A stretch of DNA of 64,000 nt from the IMG/VR virus record IMGVR_UViG_3300044461_000051, positions 737 to 64,736 of that record; one strand, given 5' to 3'. The DNA comes from a virus. Every line of letters begins with the position of its first letter. The stretch's first letter is position 1. Positions 17,439 through 26,524 of this stretch are shown here, in pieces. A program made the position numbers and the translations under genes. The notes under the pieces were generated by a model. It worked only from the letters and a program-made list of their open reading frames with translations. It was not told where the DNA came from and did not search any database.

Positions 17439-17998
17439 TGACCGAGGGGCTTATCGAAAGACTCTTGTCCAATCTCGATCCCCTGCCTGACCGTGAAGGG
17501 TTGCGTGACACCCCGCGACGTGTCGCAGAGGCTTGGGACTTCTGGACAAGCGGGCATCGGGAGAACATCGACGACGTGCTCAAGTCGTTCGCCGACGGCA
17601 GTGATGGTTACGACGAGATGGTCATCGAGACCGACATCCCGGTGTACTCAAAATGCGAGCACCATCTCGCTGACATCTTCGGCGTGGCGCACGTCGGGTA
17701 TATTCCCAACGGGCGCATCGTGGGGCTGTCTAAGATCGTGCGCGTCGTCGAGCACTTCGCGCGACGTCTGCAAGTGCAGGAGCGCCTGACTGTGCAGATC
17801 GCCGACACGCTGCACGCTGCGCTGCACGCGCAGGGAGTGGGCGTCGTGCTGCAGTGCCGACATATGTGCATGGAGTCGCGAGGCGTCAATCGTCCGGGCG
17901 TCGTCACGACGACGACATGCCTGCGCGGGGCCCTTCGTGAAGAGCCCGAGACGCGCGCCGAGTTTCTTGCGATGGTCAACGGGAGGCGCTCGTGCTGA
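17435..17998 (+). CDS. folE: GTP cyclohydrolase I
   Basis: GLRDTPRRVA, CEHHL, GLSK, LQVQERLT, HMCMESRG. Confidence 0.95.
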   Translation: MMTEGLIERLLSNLDPLPDREGLRDTPRRVAEAWDFWTSGHRENIDDVLKSFADGSDGYDEMVIETDIPVYSKCEHHLADIFGVAHVGYIPNGRIVGLSKIVRVVEHFARRLQVQERLTVQIADTLHAALHAQGVGVVLQCRHMCMESRGVNRPGVVTTTTCLRGALREEPETRAEFLAMVNGRRSC

Positions 17999-18624
17999 AC
18001 GATAGCCTCGACAAAGTCATCGGCAGTTATTTCAGCGTGGTCAACGCTGCGCCCTTCACCTACAAGCGCAAGACGTATGACCCGCGTCCGCTGCGTGTCA
18101 GCCCTGCACTTGCCCGTGGGCTCATCTGCCCCCCGCAGTGTGCCGGCTGCTGCCCTCGCTTCTCGCTGGACTATCTGCCCTTTGAAGACGTGCCCTATGC
18201 GTTGCCCTCGCGACAGATCGTCGTCAACGGCAAGGAGTTCGCAGTGCTGTCTGATCTGCAAGAGCCGGGGTGGCACTGCAAGAACGTCGACATGATAACG
18301 GGGCGCTGCGTCGTGCACGGCAAGCAGCCCTTCAGTTGTGACTTTGAGATCGTGCGCACCAAGCACTTCACGAGCGCCAACATAAGCAATCAACTGCTCA
18401 CTGCGCCCTTCGGGCGTGCCTGGGCATTGAAACGTGTTGACGACGAGCGCGGGGCGCTGTGCGAAATTACGCCGGTGTCATACCAGAACGCGCAAGAGGC
18501 TGCGCGCAAGCTGCGACGACTCGCACGTTGGATGGAATACTTTGAAGTGCCCCACCGGATCGATCCCATCACGCTCTGGCTTGAGCGTGGCGACTACCAG
18601 TCAGGAAAGCCCCTCCTCATATGA
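17992..18624 (+). CDS. YkgJ/FliB-like Cys-cluster (Fe-S or Zn) protein; candidate preQ1 methyltransferase (DpdM-like)
   Basis: CPPQCAGCC and C-x8-C..H..QPFSC motifs; overlaps folE and queF. Confidence 0.55.
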   Translation: MLNDSLDKVIGSYFSVVNAAPFTYKRKTYDPRPLRVSPALARGLICPPQCAGCCPRFSLDYLPFEDVPYALPSRQIVVNGKEFAVLSDLQEPGWHCKNVDMITGRCVVHGKQPFSCDFEIVRTKHFTSANISNQLLTAPFGRAWALKRVDDERGALCEITPVSYQNAQEAARKLRRLARWMEYFEVPHRIDPITLWLERGDYQSGKPLLI

Positions 18625-19040
18625 GCAAACTCAAAGCACTTGGCAGCGGCACAGGCTACGTGTACGACAGGCCCAACCGCGAGATGCTTGAGCGCTTCGC
18701 TGCGCCCTCAAGCATCTCAGCAGCGAACCCGCGGGGCACGCATCAGTCGATCACCATACGGGCGCCCGAGTTCACGAGCTTGTGCCCCATCACCGGACAA
18801 CCCGACTTCGCCACGATCGTCATCGACTACGTGCCCGACCAATGGTGCGTCGAGTCGAAGTCATTGAAGCTGTATCTGGGCGCGTATCGCATGGAGGGCG
18901 AGTTTCACGAGGCGTGCGTGAATAAAATTTGCAACGATCTCGTGGCCGTGCTCGACCCTAGCGCGCTGACTGTGCGCGGCGAGTTCACTCCGCGCGGCGG
19001 CATCCCGTTCTGGCCCACGAGCAGGTACCTGAAGAAATGA
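18621..19040 (+). CDS. queF: NADPH-dependent preQ0 reductase (unimodular QueF)
   Basis: [14 protein letters not shown] catalytic Cys/Asp, QueF motif [14 protein letters not shown]. Confidence 0.92.
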   Translation: MSKLKALGSGTGYVYDRPNREMLERFAAPSSISAANPRGTHQSITIRAPEFTSLCPITGQPDFATIVIDYVPDQWCVESKSLKLYLGAYRMEGEFHEACVNKICNDLVAVLDPSALTVRGEFTPRGGIPFWPTSRYLKK

Positions 19041-19978
19041 GATTGTTCTTCTCTGGGTGGGGGCACAAGAACGTCGAATTCGACGAGCGCGTCAGCACGC
19101 TTGGCACGCGCTATCGCTTGCTGTCGTGCCACGGCGACTACCTGCGCCCCGCCCATCACTTCAGCCGCGCCCTGCACACGCTACAACAGCCGTTCGAAAT
19201 CATGTATGACAGCGGCGCCTTCACAGCGTGGAGCAAGGGCAAGGAGATCACGCTCGACGAGCTGATCGCGGTGTATGACGAGATGATCGCCAAGTATGAG
19301 AGCGGGGCGCAAGCCATTTGGCTCATCTCGCTCGACAAGATTCCGGGCAGCCCCGGGCGCACCGCGACACCCGACGAGATCGACGAGGCGTGCCGCATCA
19401 GCGACGAGAACTTCGCCGTGCTGCAAAAGCGCTACGGCAAGCGTGTGCTGCCCGTGTTTCATCAGAACGAATCAGCGCAGCGCTTGCGCGACGTCGCAGC
19501 CATGGCGGATTACATCTGCGTGTCGCCGCGCAATGACTTGCCCGAGCGCTCGCGTCGTCGCTGGGCGATGGAGGCGCATGCCGACATCCCCGGCAAGAAC
19601 ACGCACGGGCTCGCCACCACAGGCTTCTCGATGATGTCCCAAGTCCCGTGGGGCAGCGTTGACAGCGCGACGTGGATCTGGCTCGCGATGAACGGCGCTG
19701 TGTTTTACAGCAAGACGCTGCGCGGGCTGCAACTGTCGAGCAAGTCGGTTACGCTGAAAGACACGGGCAAGCACTACCGCACGCTGTCAACAGTCGAGCA
19801 GCAAGCGTTTACCGAATCGGTCGAGCGTCGCGGGTTCACGATTCACGAGCTGGAAGACAACTTCTACCACCGCATCATCTTCAACCGCGTGATCATGACC
19901 GAGACCTACACGACACTGCCCACCCCTGCGCAAATCGCACACAACGTACCCGTCGAACAATCATTGTTTGGACTATGA
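19037..19978 (+). CDS. dpdA: DNA 7-deazaguanine transglycosylase (TGT-like)
   Basis: [29 protein letters not shown]; adjacent to the que genes. Confidence 0.85.
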   Translation: MRLFFSGWGHKNVEFDERVSTLGTRYRLLSCHGDYLRPAHHFSRALHTLQQPFEIMYDSGAFTAWSKGKEITLDELIAVYDEMIAKYESGAQAIWLISLDKIPGSPGRTATPDEIDEACRISDENFAVLQKRYGKRVLPVFHQNESAQRLRDVAAMADYICVSPRNDLPERSRRRWAMEAHADIPGKNTHGLATTGFSMMSQVPWGSVDSATWIWLAMNGAVFYSKTLRGLQLSSKSVTLKDTGKHYRTLSTVEQQAFTESVERRGFTIHELEDNFYHRIIFNRVIMTETYTTLPTPAQIAHNVPVEQSLFGL

Positions 19979-20928
19979 TCGAGATCCTTGAACTCGTGGC
20001 CGGCGCCGTCAGCACGAAGGACCTCGTGCCGGTGCTGTCGCACTTCTGCATCTACAATGGGCGCATCCAAGGCGCCAACGGCAGAGTCGCGATCGACGCT
20101 GCCTGCCCAGGGCTCGATGATCTCACTGCGGCAGTGCCTGCCGATCGATTCCTGCGCGCTGTTACAGCATGCGGCGGCGAGCCTCGCCTGCGTGTCAACG
20201 AAGACGGGACGCGCCTCACGATCAGTCGCGGACGCTTTCGCGCGACGCTGTCACTGCTGCCCGCGTCGTATCAACTAGAAGAACCGCCGACGGGCGAGCG
20301 TATCAAGTTGCCGCAGCCCTTGCTGCCGGTGCTGCGTCGTCTTGCGCCGTTCGTCTCGACGGACGCATCACGTCCCTGGGCGTGCTCGGTACTCGTGCGC
20401 AACGGCTACGCCTACGCGACGAACAACGTGGCGATCGCCCGCGTGCCGCTCGCCGGGATCGACTGCGTGTTCCCCGCCGCCGGCATCGACGAGATCCTGC
20501 GCATCGACGAAGAGCCGACCGCGCTGCGAGTGTCGTCGACTGCGTGCTGGGTCGAGTTTTCGCGCTGCTGGCTGAAGATGCAATTGTTGCAGCAGCCGTG
20601 GCCCGACTCGCTTGCGCGCCTGATTGAACTCATGAACACAGACGCGCTGCCCGAGCTGCCGGCATCGTTGCGCGACGACGTGCTGCTGCTCAAGCCGTTC
20701 TTTCCCGACACGAGTCTGCCCGTGATACTGATGGGCCCCGAGGGCATCAGCACACAAGACGGCAAGCACAGCGCTGCGATCGAGGGCATGACGCTGCCCA
20801 AGGCCGCGTTTCGACTTGAGTCTCTGGCGCCGGTGCTCGAGGTCGCGACCCATGCCGACTTCGCGCTGTCCCCAAGCCCCTGGCGGGGCGACAATATCGT
20901 GGGGCTGTTGTCAGGGGTGCGCGTGTGA
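19975..20928 (+). CDS. DNA polymerase III beta-clamp-like protein
   Basis: N-terminus GAVSTKDLVPVLSHF..NG.I.GANG resembles DnaN; about 317 aa; between dpdA and the polymerase. Confidence 0.6.
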   Translation: MIEILELVAGAVSTKDLVPVLSHFCIYNGRIQGANGRVAIDAACPGLDDLTAAVPADRFLRAVTACGGEPRLRVNEDGTRLTISRGRFRATLSLLPASYQLEEPPTGERIKLPQPLLPVLRRLAPFVSTDASRPWACSVLVRNGYAYATNNVAIARVPLAGIDCVFPAAGIDEILRIDEEPTALRVSSTACWVEFSRCWLKMQLLQQPWPDSLARLIELMNTDALPELPASLRDDVLLLKPFFPDTSLPVILMGPEGISTQDGKHSAAIEGMTLPKAAFRLESLAPVLEVATHADFALSPSPWRGDNIVGLLSGVRV

Positions 20929-22892
20929 GTCGTCACGACAACATCGGATTCTTTTGGGAGGATCAAGAGCGACAGTCGGCGCGCGGTGCGGCCCCTGTTG
21001 CTCGACAGATGCCCCCGATCCCCGACACCGGCTGGCGCCCACCGACAGAGTTCCCGCGACTCGATGCAGCATCACGCATCGCGATTGACTGCGAGACCTA
21101 CGATCCGACACTGCTGTCGAAGGGCCCGGGCGTGCGCACCGGCGGCTACATCGTGGGACTCGCGATCGGGACAGACGACGCGCGTTGGTACTTCCCGATG
21201 CGCCACAGCGTTCAAAGCGAGATGAACCTCGACCCGGACGCCGTCATGCACTGGGCGCGCGATCAACTCCGCGACGCGCGGCAGCCCAAGGTCGGGGCCC
21301 ATCTGCTTTACGACCTCGACTTTCTAGCGGAGGCCGGTGTCACTGTCGCGGGCCCGCTGCTCGACGTACAGATCGCCGAGCCCTTGCTCGATGAGAATGC
21401 GCCCAGCTTCTCGCTCAACGCGCTCGCCCGCAAGCATCTGGGTGAGAGCAAAGTCGAGGAGGCACTGTACTCGTGGGCGGCACTTGCCTACGGCGGCCCT
21501 GTCGATCGTTCGCAGGCTAGCAACATTCACCGCAGCCCACCCTCGCTCGTCGGACCCTACGCTGAGGGCGACGTCGATCTGCCGCTGCGCATTCTCGACA
21601 AGCAGCAGACGCAGCTTGCAGCCGAGAACCTCACCGAGTTATTCGACATCGAAAGCAGGCTGATCCCGCTGCTGCTCGCGATGCGTCGTCGTGGGGTGCG
21701 TGTCGATCTCGACGCTGCACAGCGTGCCTACGACTCGTTCAGCCGCCGCATCGAGCATGTCGAGCGAGGGTTGGGCGGCATCAACGTCTTTGCCGCAGAA
21801 GAGATCGCAGCCTACTGCCGGAAGCACCGCATCGAGTTCCCGCTGACTGAGAAGGGCAACCCGTCATTCACGGCTGACTTTCTCAAGCGACATGACAACG
21901 CACTCATCCGCAGCATCACCGACGTCCGCAAGTGGTACAAGACACGCGACACATTCATCAAGGGCTACATTCTCGACTCCCACGTTAATGGGCGCATCCA
22001 TGCGCAGTTCAATCAACTGCGCAGCGACGATAAAGGCGCCGTCAGCGGGCGTTTCAGCAGCAGCAACCCGAACCTGCAGAACATCCCCGCGCGTGACGAA
22101 GAGATCGGCCCACTCATGCGCTCGATGTTCTTGCCCGATGAGGGCGAGAGCTGGGCACGTTTCGATTGGTCACAGATCGAGTTCCGCTTTCTCACACACT
22201 ACGGGCGCGGGCGCGGCGCATCTCGTGCGCGCGAGATGTACCGCAGCAATCCCAAGACCGACTTTCACCGCATGGTCTCTGATCTCGTGTGGCCGAGTCA
22301 GCCGGAGATGCGCAAGCCCGCCAAGAACATCAACTTCGGGCTCGTGTACGGCATGGGTGAGCCGCACATGGCTGAGACGCTGGGCCGCACGCTTGACGAA
22401 GTGCGTCCGCTGTTCGAAACGTACCACACCCAACTGCCCTTCGTGAAGACGACCTACAACGCAGCGTCGAACGTCGCAGCGTTGCGCGGGTACATCATCA
22501 CGATCCTCGGGCGCCGTCGTCGTTTCGAACGCTGGGAGAGCACGCATTACAAGGAACGCGATCAGACATACACTACACGCGAGGAAGCTCTCGCTGCTCA
22601 CCCTCGTTCGAACGTGCGCCGCGCCTTCGTGCACAAGGCGCTGAACGCGCTGCTGCAGGGCAGCGCCGCTGACCTGATGAAGAAGGCCATGGTCGAGCTT
22701 TGGGAAAGCGGGCTGTGTGCGCTGCTGGGCGCTCCGCTGCTGACCGTGCACGATGAGCTTGACCTCAGTGTTCAGGAGGGCCGCACGCCGCTATTGCTCG
22801 ACGTCAAGCACATCATGGAGAACTGCATGACGTTGCAGGTGCCGATCATCGTCGAGCTTGAGCAGGGCCCGAATTGGGGGTCCTGTGTCTAA
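20925..22892 (+). CDS. polA: Family A DNA polymerase with 3'-5' exonuclease
   Basis: IDCET, YDLDF, YAEGD exo motifs; GRFSSSNPNLQNIP, DWSQIEFR, KNINFGLVYG, TVHDEL. Confidence 0.95.
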   Translation: MSRHDNIGFFWEDQERQSARGAAPVARQMPPIPDTGWRPPTEFPRLDAASRIAIDCETYDPTLLSKGPGVRTGGYIVGLAIGTDDARWYFPMRHSVQSEMNLDPDAVMHWARDQLRDARQPKVGAHLLYDLDFLAEAGVTVAGPLLDVQIAEPLLDENAPSFSLNALARKHLGESKVEEALYSWAALAYGGPVDRSQASNIHRSPPSLVGPYAEGDVDLPLRILDKQQTQLAAENLTELFDIESRLIPLLLAMRRRGVRVDLDAAQRAYDSFSRRIEHVERGLGGINVFAAEEIAAYCRKHRIEFPLTEKGNPSFTADFLKRHDNALIRSITDVRKWYKTRDTFIKGYILDSHVNGRIHAQFNQLRSDDKGAVSGRFSSSNPNLQNIPARDEEIGPLMRSMFLPDEGESWARFDWSQIEFRFLTHYGRGRGASRAREMYRSNPKTDFHRMVSDLVWPSQPEMRKPAKNINFGLVYGMGEPHMAETLGRTLDEVRPLFETYHTQLPFVKTTYNAASNVAALRGYIITILGRRRRFERWESTHYKERDQTYTTREEALAAHPRSNVRRAFVHKALNALLQGSAADLMKKAMVELWESGLCALLGAPLLTVHDELDLSVQEGRTPLLLDVKHIMENCMTLQVPIIVELEQGPNWGSCV

Positions 22893-23361
22893 GGAGGACA
22901 CGCTATGGACTTGGTTCTATGGCGGGCTGCATTCGTTCGGGCATCTGATGCGCGTGGAGAATGTCGTGCAGCCGGGCACCCCGGACGTCAACTACGTCAT
23001 CGGGCGCAGAGAGGGGTGGGTCGAGCTGAAGAGCCGGGCCGATCTTCCGGCCCGAGCGAGCACCCCCTTGTTCACGCGTCACAACGGCCTGCGGCCCGAT
23101 CAGATCGAATGGCTCGTCGAGCGGGCCAAGTTCAGCAGCACCGCGTATATCGGCGCTAGAGCGCTCGACACGTTCTTCCTGGTACCTGCACACCGGACGC
23201 TCTCGTTTAACGGCGCTCCGATGGATCTGATGCGGGAATTGGCGGTATTTCAGCACCGCGGCCGCATGTCTTTGCTCGTCTGGGCCCGTCTGGCCAGCGT
23301 ACTTGCTGGAAAAGCAGTAGAACCGCACATTGTTTTCCCACCTATCGAAAGATCCTCATGA
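22885..23361 (+). CDS. PD-(D/E)xK nuclease (VRR-NUC / Holliday-junction resolvase-like)
   Basis: RVEN, GTPDV, WVELK, LRPDQIEW. Confidence 0.8.
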   Translation: MSKEDTLWTWFYGGLHSFGHLMRVENVVQPGTPDVNYVIGRREGWVELKSRADLPARASTPLFTRHNGLRPDQIEWLVERAKFSSTAYIGARALDTFFLVPAHRTLSFNGAPMDLMRELAVFQHRGRMSLLVWARLASVLAGKAVEPHIVFPPIERSS

Positions 23362-23540
23362 CAACTCAGAAATGGAATTGGGCGCCGAAGCACTACCGCG
23401 AAGACTGGCAGCATGCTCGACGCATCAGCGGGCTGCCGTTTGGCTACTTCGATCGCTCTCGCTTCTCGTCGCGCGGCACGTTGCTCGTGGCGGGCATTGC
23501 TTGGCTCGTGCTAGTGCTGCTTGTGTGGGCGCTCAAATGA
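23358..23540 (+). CDS. Small membrane protein
   Basis: C-terminal TM LLVAGIAWLVLVLLVWAL. Confidence 0.55.
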   Translation: MTTQKWNWAPKHYREDWQHARRISGLPFGYFDRSRFSSRGTLLVAGIAWLVLVLLVWALK

Positions 23541-23803
23541 TGACGATCTGGAAGCTGCCCCTGTCCATTTCGAAACGGAACGTCATCATGGTACCGCGTA
23601 ACGCGCAACCGTTGACCGTGCAGATTCAGAATGGCGTTCCGAGCCTGTGGGTCACGTGCGATGACAGCAATGTCCCCGAGCCGCGTACCCTAACCTGCGT
23701 CGGCACCGGGCACCCCATGCCACTGACGGGAGTGCACGCGTACGTGGGCACAACGCAGACCGGACGGTTCGTGTGGCATTGGTTCTGGGAGGAGCGTGCA
23801 TGA
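23537..23803 (+). CDS. Conserved phage hypothetical protein (TIWKLPL...GTGHP...FVWH)
   Basis: Recurrent phage motif; ATGA overlap. Confidence 0.7.
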   Translation: MMTIWKLPLSISKRNVIMVPRNAQPLTVQIQNGVPSLWVTCDDSNVPEPRTLTCVGTGHPMPLTGVHAYVGTTQTGRFVWHWFWEERA

Positions 23804-24054
23804 TGCCTATCCGCGAATTGGAAGAGCGCCTCGCGATAGCAGAGCTGGCGGTTTGGGAACGGGACGAAGACATCGCGAAGCTGCGCAATGATGCGAACGA
23901 GTCGAACCGCTTGATCGCGGAGCAGTGCGAGAAGATGGAGGCCGAATGCAATCGTCTGCGGGCGCTGCTGCTGTCCATCATCAATGCGCTAGGGCTACCG
24001 GCGCGAGGACGTGCAATTGCCGCAGCGGCGGATGCCCTGAAGGACGCGCCATGA
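23800..24054 (+). CDS. Coiled-coil hypothetical protein
   Basis: SD GGAGGAG; ATGA overlap. Confidence 0.6.
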   Translation: MMPIRELEERLAIAELAVWERDEDIAKLRNDANESNRLIAEQCEKMEAECNRLRALLLSIINALGLPARGRAIAAAADALKDAP

Positions 24055-24254
24055 CAGAGGAGGTAGCCTCGTTTGTCGTCACGCAAGAATCGCGCGTTGA
24101 GCGTGCTGTGCTTACTATCCCAATGGGCGGCGGCTTCTCTTTCGGTATCGAATTAAACGGCATGGTGTTAACCCATCCTGATGGGCGCAAGGCATTGGAG
24201 CGCTGCGCACATCTGATGAATCTCGGACTTGCTGCCGAAAAGGATAAGCCATGA
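24051..24254 (+). CDS. Hypothetical protein
   Basis: ATGA overlap; SD AAGGA. Confidence 0.6.
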   Translation: MTEEVASFVVTQESRVERAVLTIPMGGGFSFGIELNGMVLTHPDGRKALERCAHLMNLGLAAEKDKP

Positions 24255-24418
24255 CCGACCCACGTGATTGGAATGACGACGATCAGATCAGCGCCGTGTG
24301 CATCAAGTGCGGCAACGTTTTCTGGGGTTCGCAGGAGCGGATGCTGTGCGCGGTGTGCACAGAGCCGTTCTGGCAGCGAGTCGTGTCGTGGGTGCGCGGC
24401 TGGTGGGAGAAGTCGTGA
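24251..24418 (+). CDS. Small Zn-finger protein (55 aa)
   Basis: Below track cutoff; CIKC...CAVC; SD AAGGA. Confidence 0.55.
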   Translation: MTDPRDWNDDDQISAVCIKCGNVFWGSQERMLCAVCTEPFWQRVVSWVRGWWEKS

Positions 24419-24523
24419 GTTCAACGGGTAGCGGTCCGAGCGGTAGGCGCGCGCTGCTGGATTCGCGGTCATGAGCACGGCGCAGGCCGGAAGCTGGCCC
24501 TCCCACCTATTAGGGGATCGCGC

Positions 24524-24919
24524 ATGACCGACGACCTGATCGCGCGGCTGGAGCAAATGGCCGCCGCGCTGCGGGAGCAAGACTTGCAGATGCGCGGGCT
24601 GATGCTAGATCGTCAGGTGGAACACGAAATGCGCAAGCGTGCAGAGGCCGAGGCGCAGCTTGGCGGACAGTCCATCGCCTACATGAGCAAGAAGGTCGAG
24701 CGGCTCCAGCTGCGACTCGCGGAGGCGGAAGAGTTATTGCAGGAGGCACATGATCTGCTCCAACATCATCATGTCGGCGGGATGTTTCGCCCCCGTATTG
24801 ACGCCTTCTTCGAAGCCGCCGAATCGCCGCAGGAGCGTTCAAAGCGCATTCAAGGTTCACTCGATGAAAAGCTAGCGCAGCGACTCCGTGACTCCGCGCT
24901 AGGGGATCGCCATGACTGA
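24524..24919 (+). CDS. Coiled-coil hypothetical protein
   Basis: MTDDLIARL start typical of phage accessory ORFs; SD AGGGG. Confidence 0.65.
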   Translation: MTDDLIARLEQMAAALREQDLQMRGLMLDRQVEHEMRKRAEAEAQLGGQSIAYMSKKVERLQLRLAEAEELLQEAHDLLQHHHVGGMFRPRIDAFFEAAESPQERSKRIQGSLDEKLAQRLRDSALGDRHD

Positions 24920-25232
24920 CACAGAGCGGGTGCGGGCGATGATCGAAAAGTTACGCGAGAACGCTCGTTGGTCGCGCGTCGAGGGTAACGGCACAGCAGC
25001 GCCAATTGCTGACCTCGACGCTGCCGCGCTGGAGTCGATCCTCGCGGATGCGCTGCGGTATCGGTGGTTGACGGACGCGCGCCGCTTATACCTAGGCCCG
25101 ATCGTCGGGACGCGCAATGGCAAGGGTGGGCAGCGATACATTATCGGCGACGTACACGCTGGCGTGCCGAGGAACATCGAAACGCTTGACGCCGCCATTG
25201 ACGCCGCCCGCGCGGCGCAGGGGGAGGGATGA
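24912..25232 (+). CDS. Hypothetical protein (DALRYRWL...LDAAIDAA family)
   Basis: Recurrent phage motif. Confidence 0.7.
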   Translation: MTDTERVRAMIEKLRENARWSRVEGNGTAAPIADLDAAALESILADALRYRWLTDARRLYLGPIVGTRNGKGGQRYIIGDVHAGVPRNIETLDAAIDAARAAQGEG

Positions 25233-25435
25233 TGCGCGCACGACGCGAGTACGAAACAGGCGGACGGCCGTACCTGTCCTACAGTTATCCGCTTGGCAAG
25301 TTCACCGTCGAAATAGTGTTGCCGCGCGACCTGACGACGCACGAAGCAGAGCGGCTGTCAGAGTTCCTGCACAGTCTCGCACTGCCGGACGCGCCTACGC
25401 CGACGGGCGAAGCGGAGCAGCAGGGGGAGGGGTGA
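25229..25435 (+). CDS. Hypothetical protein
   Basis: SD GGGAGGG; ATGA overlap. Confidence 0.6.
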   Translation: MMRARREYETGGRPYLSYSYPLGKFTVEIVLPRDLTTHEAERLSEFLHSLALPDAPTPTGEAEQQGEG

Positions 25436-25674
25436 TGAGCCTGTACGACCTGGAGTCGTATGTCGCCGGTCAGTGCGCCGGACTTGGCAAGCATCATGAC
25501 GAGCGCGCCGCCCTCGCCGCCCGTCTCGCTGAAGCGGAGGCGCTGCTGCAGGAGGCGTTGGATGCTGGCATTGAAGAGTGCTGGATGCATACGCCGAACG
25601 GTGACGCTTACGACGAGAGCGCCGCGCTACGCGAGCGCATCGCCGCCTTCCTCGCCGTGGGCGCGGACAAGTAA
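25432..25674 (+). CDS. Hypothetical protein
   Basis: SD GGGAGGG; GTGA overlap. Confidence 0.6.
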   Translation: MMSLYDLESYVAGQCAGLGKHHDERAALAARLAEAEALLQEALDAGIEECWMHTPNGDAYDESAALRERIAAFLAVGADK

Positions 25675-25855
25675 TGCGCATCGCTCGCAACCGGTTCAAG
25701 GGTCGCCAGTGCGGTAAAGGACGACGCGCGCATCACACCGACGGCGTCCCGCGCTACACGCGAGCCGCGTTAGCGAAGGCTGACAAGCTCGCCGAGCATC
25801 TGTACGAGCTGATGCAGGGAATGATGATGGCGCAGATCGCGGACAAGTAATGCGC
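25662..25855 (+). repeat. 18-bp direct repeat CGCGGACAAGTAATGCGC flanking a small ORF
   Basis: Exact copies at 25662-25679 and 25838-25855. Confidence 0.85.
25674..25850 (+). CDS. Small basic hypothetical protein (58 aa)
   Basis: TAATG coupling; bounded by the 18-bp repeats. Confidence 0.5.
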   Translation: MRIARNRFKGRQCGKGRRAHHTDGVPRYTRAALAKADKLAEHLYELMQGMMMAQIADK

Positions 25856-25924
25856 GGGCCTGAATCACTCGCGCATGTTGGGGGGCTAGATTCGGCCCCA
25901 TGCTGTTGTCAAAGGAGGTTCGAC

Positions 25925-26014
25925 ATGCTGACCAAGCTGTTCGTTGCCGCACTGCCAATGATCCCCTTCGTCATCAACGAGTGGGTCTGGTACATCCTCC
26001 AGTGGTGGCGTTAA
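25925..26014 (+). CDS. Hydrophobic Trp-rich peptide (29 aa)
   Basis: Strong SD AAAGGAGGT; MLTKLFVAALPMIPFVINEWVWYILQWWR. Confidence 0.55.
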   Translation: MLTKLFVAALPMIPFVINEWVWYILQWWR

Positions 26015-26166
26015 TGCGTACGCTCCCGTGGTTGCAGGGGTTGCGGCTTGCGGCAGAGTCCTACGGATTCCGCGACTGCGCGCTGACCGAAACGCCAGAC
26101 TCCTACGCGGAGTCGCTGGCCGACTTCATCGCGTGCGCAGAAGTGCGCGAGGCGTGCGGAACGTAG
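26014..26166 (+). CDS. Small hypothetical protein (50 aa)
   Basis: TAATG coupling. Confidence 0.45.
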   Translation: MRTLPWLQGLRLAAESYGFRDCALTETPDSYAESLADFIACAEVREACGT

Positions 26167-26174
26167 CAACAAGG

Positions 26175-26196
26175 CAGAGGGGCTTCGGCCCCTCTG
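26175..26196 (+). terminator. 9-bp stem with C(UUCG)G tetraloop; probable terminator or processing hairpin
   Basis: CAGAGGGGC-TTCG-GCCCCTCTG followed by TTCCTC (weak U-tract). Confidence 0.55.
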
Positions 26197-26218
26197 TTCC
26201 TCAACGAAAGGCATTCCT

Positions 26219-26524
26219 ATGAGGATCGCCAAATACGTTCGACGGTTTCGCCGTCGCCGGGCCTTGCAGCACATACGTCGCGACATGATCGCATTGGGAC
26301 GCGACCCCGGCGATCTCTTGCGCTCGCAAAACTACCGTCGACTCCTCCGCGCAATACAGCGCACGTCGGTGGCAATGCAAGCGTTCGGTACGTCAGCCAA
26401 AACTTGCGCAGTAGCGATAGAAAATTTCGGCAAGGCGTGGCTCGTCTTGCACGACTACAACGGCCACGAAGTCATCTATTCAGGGTATCGCGCCCAGACG
26501 CTAGAAGGTCGAGATCGTCAATAG
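26219..26524 (+). CDS. Basic hypothetical protein; last gene of the + arm
   Basis: SD AAAGG; converges on the late operon. Confidence 0.55.
   Translation: MRIAKYVRRFRRRRALQHIRRDMIALGRDPGDLLRSQNYRRLLRAIQRTSVAMQAFGTSAKTCAVAIENFGKAWLVLHDYNGHEVIYSGYRAQTLEGRDRQ

Noticed and set aside
18621-19040. QueF-like archaeosine synthase (dG+ pathway)
   Set aside because: The NADPH-binding QueF motif ESKSLKLY is present and QueC has no Gat domain, which favours a true reductase
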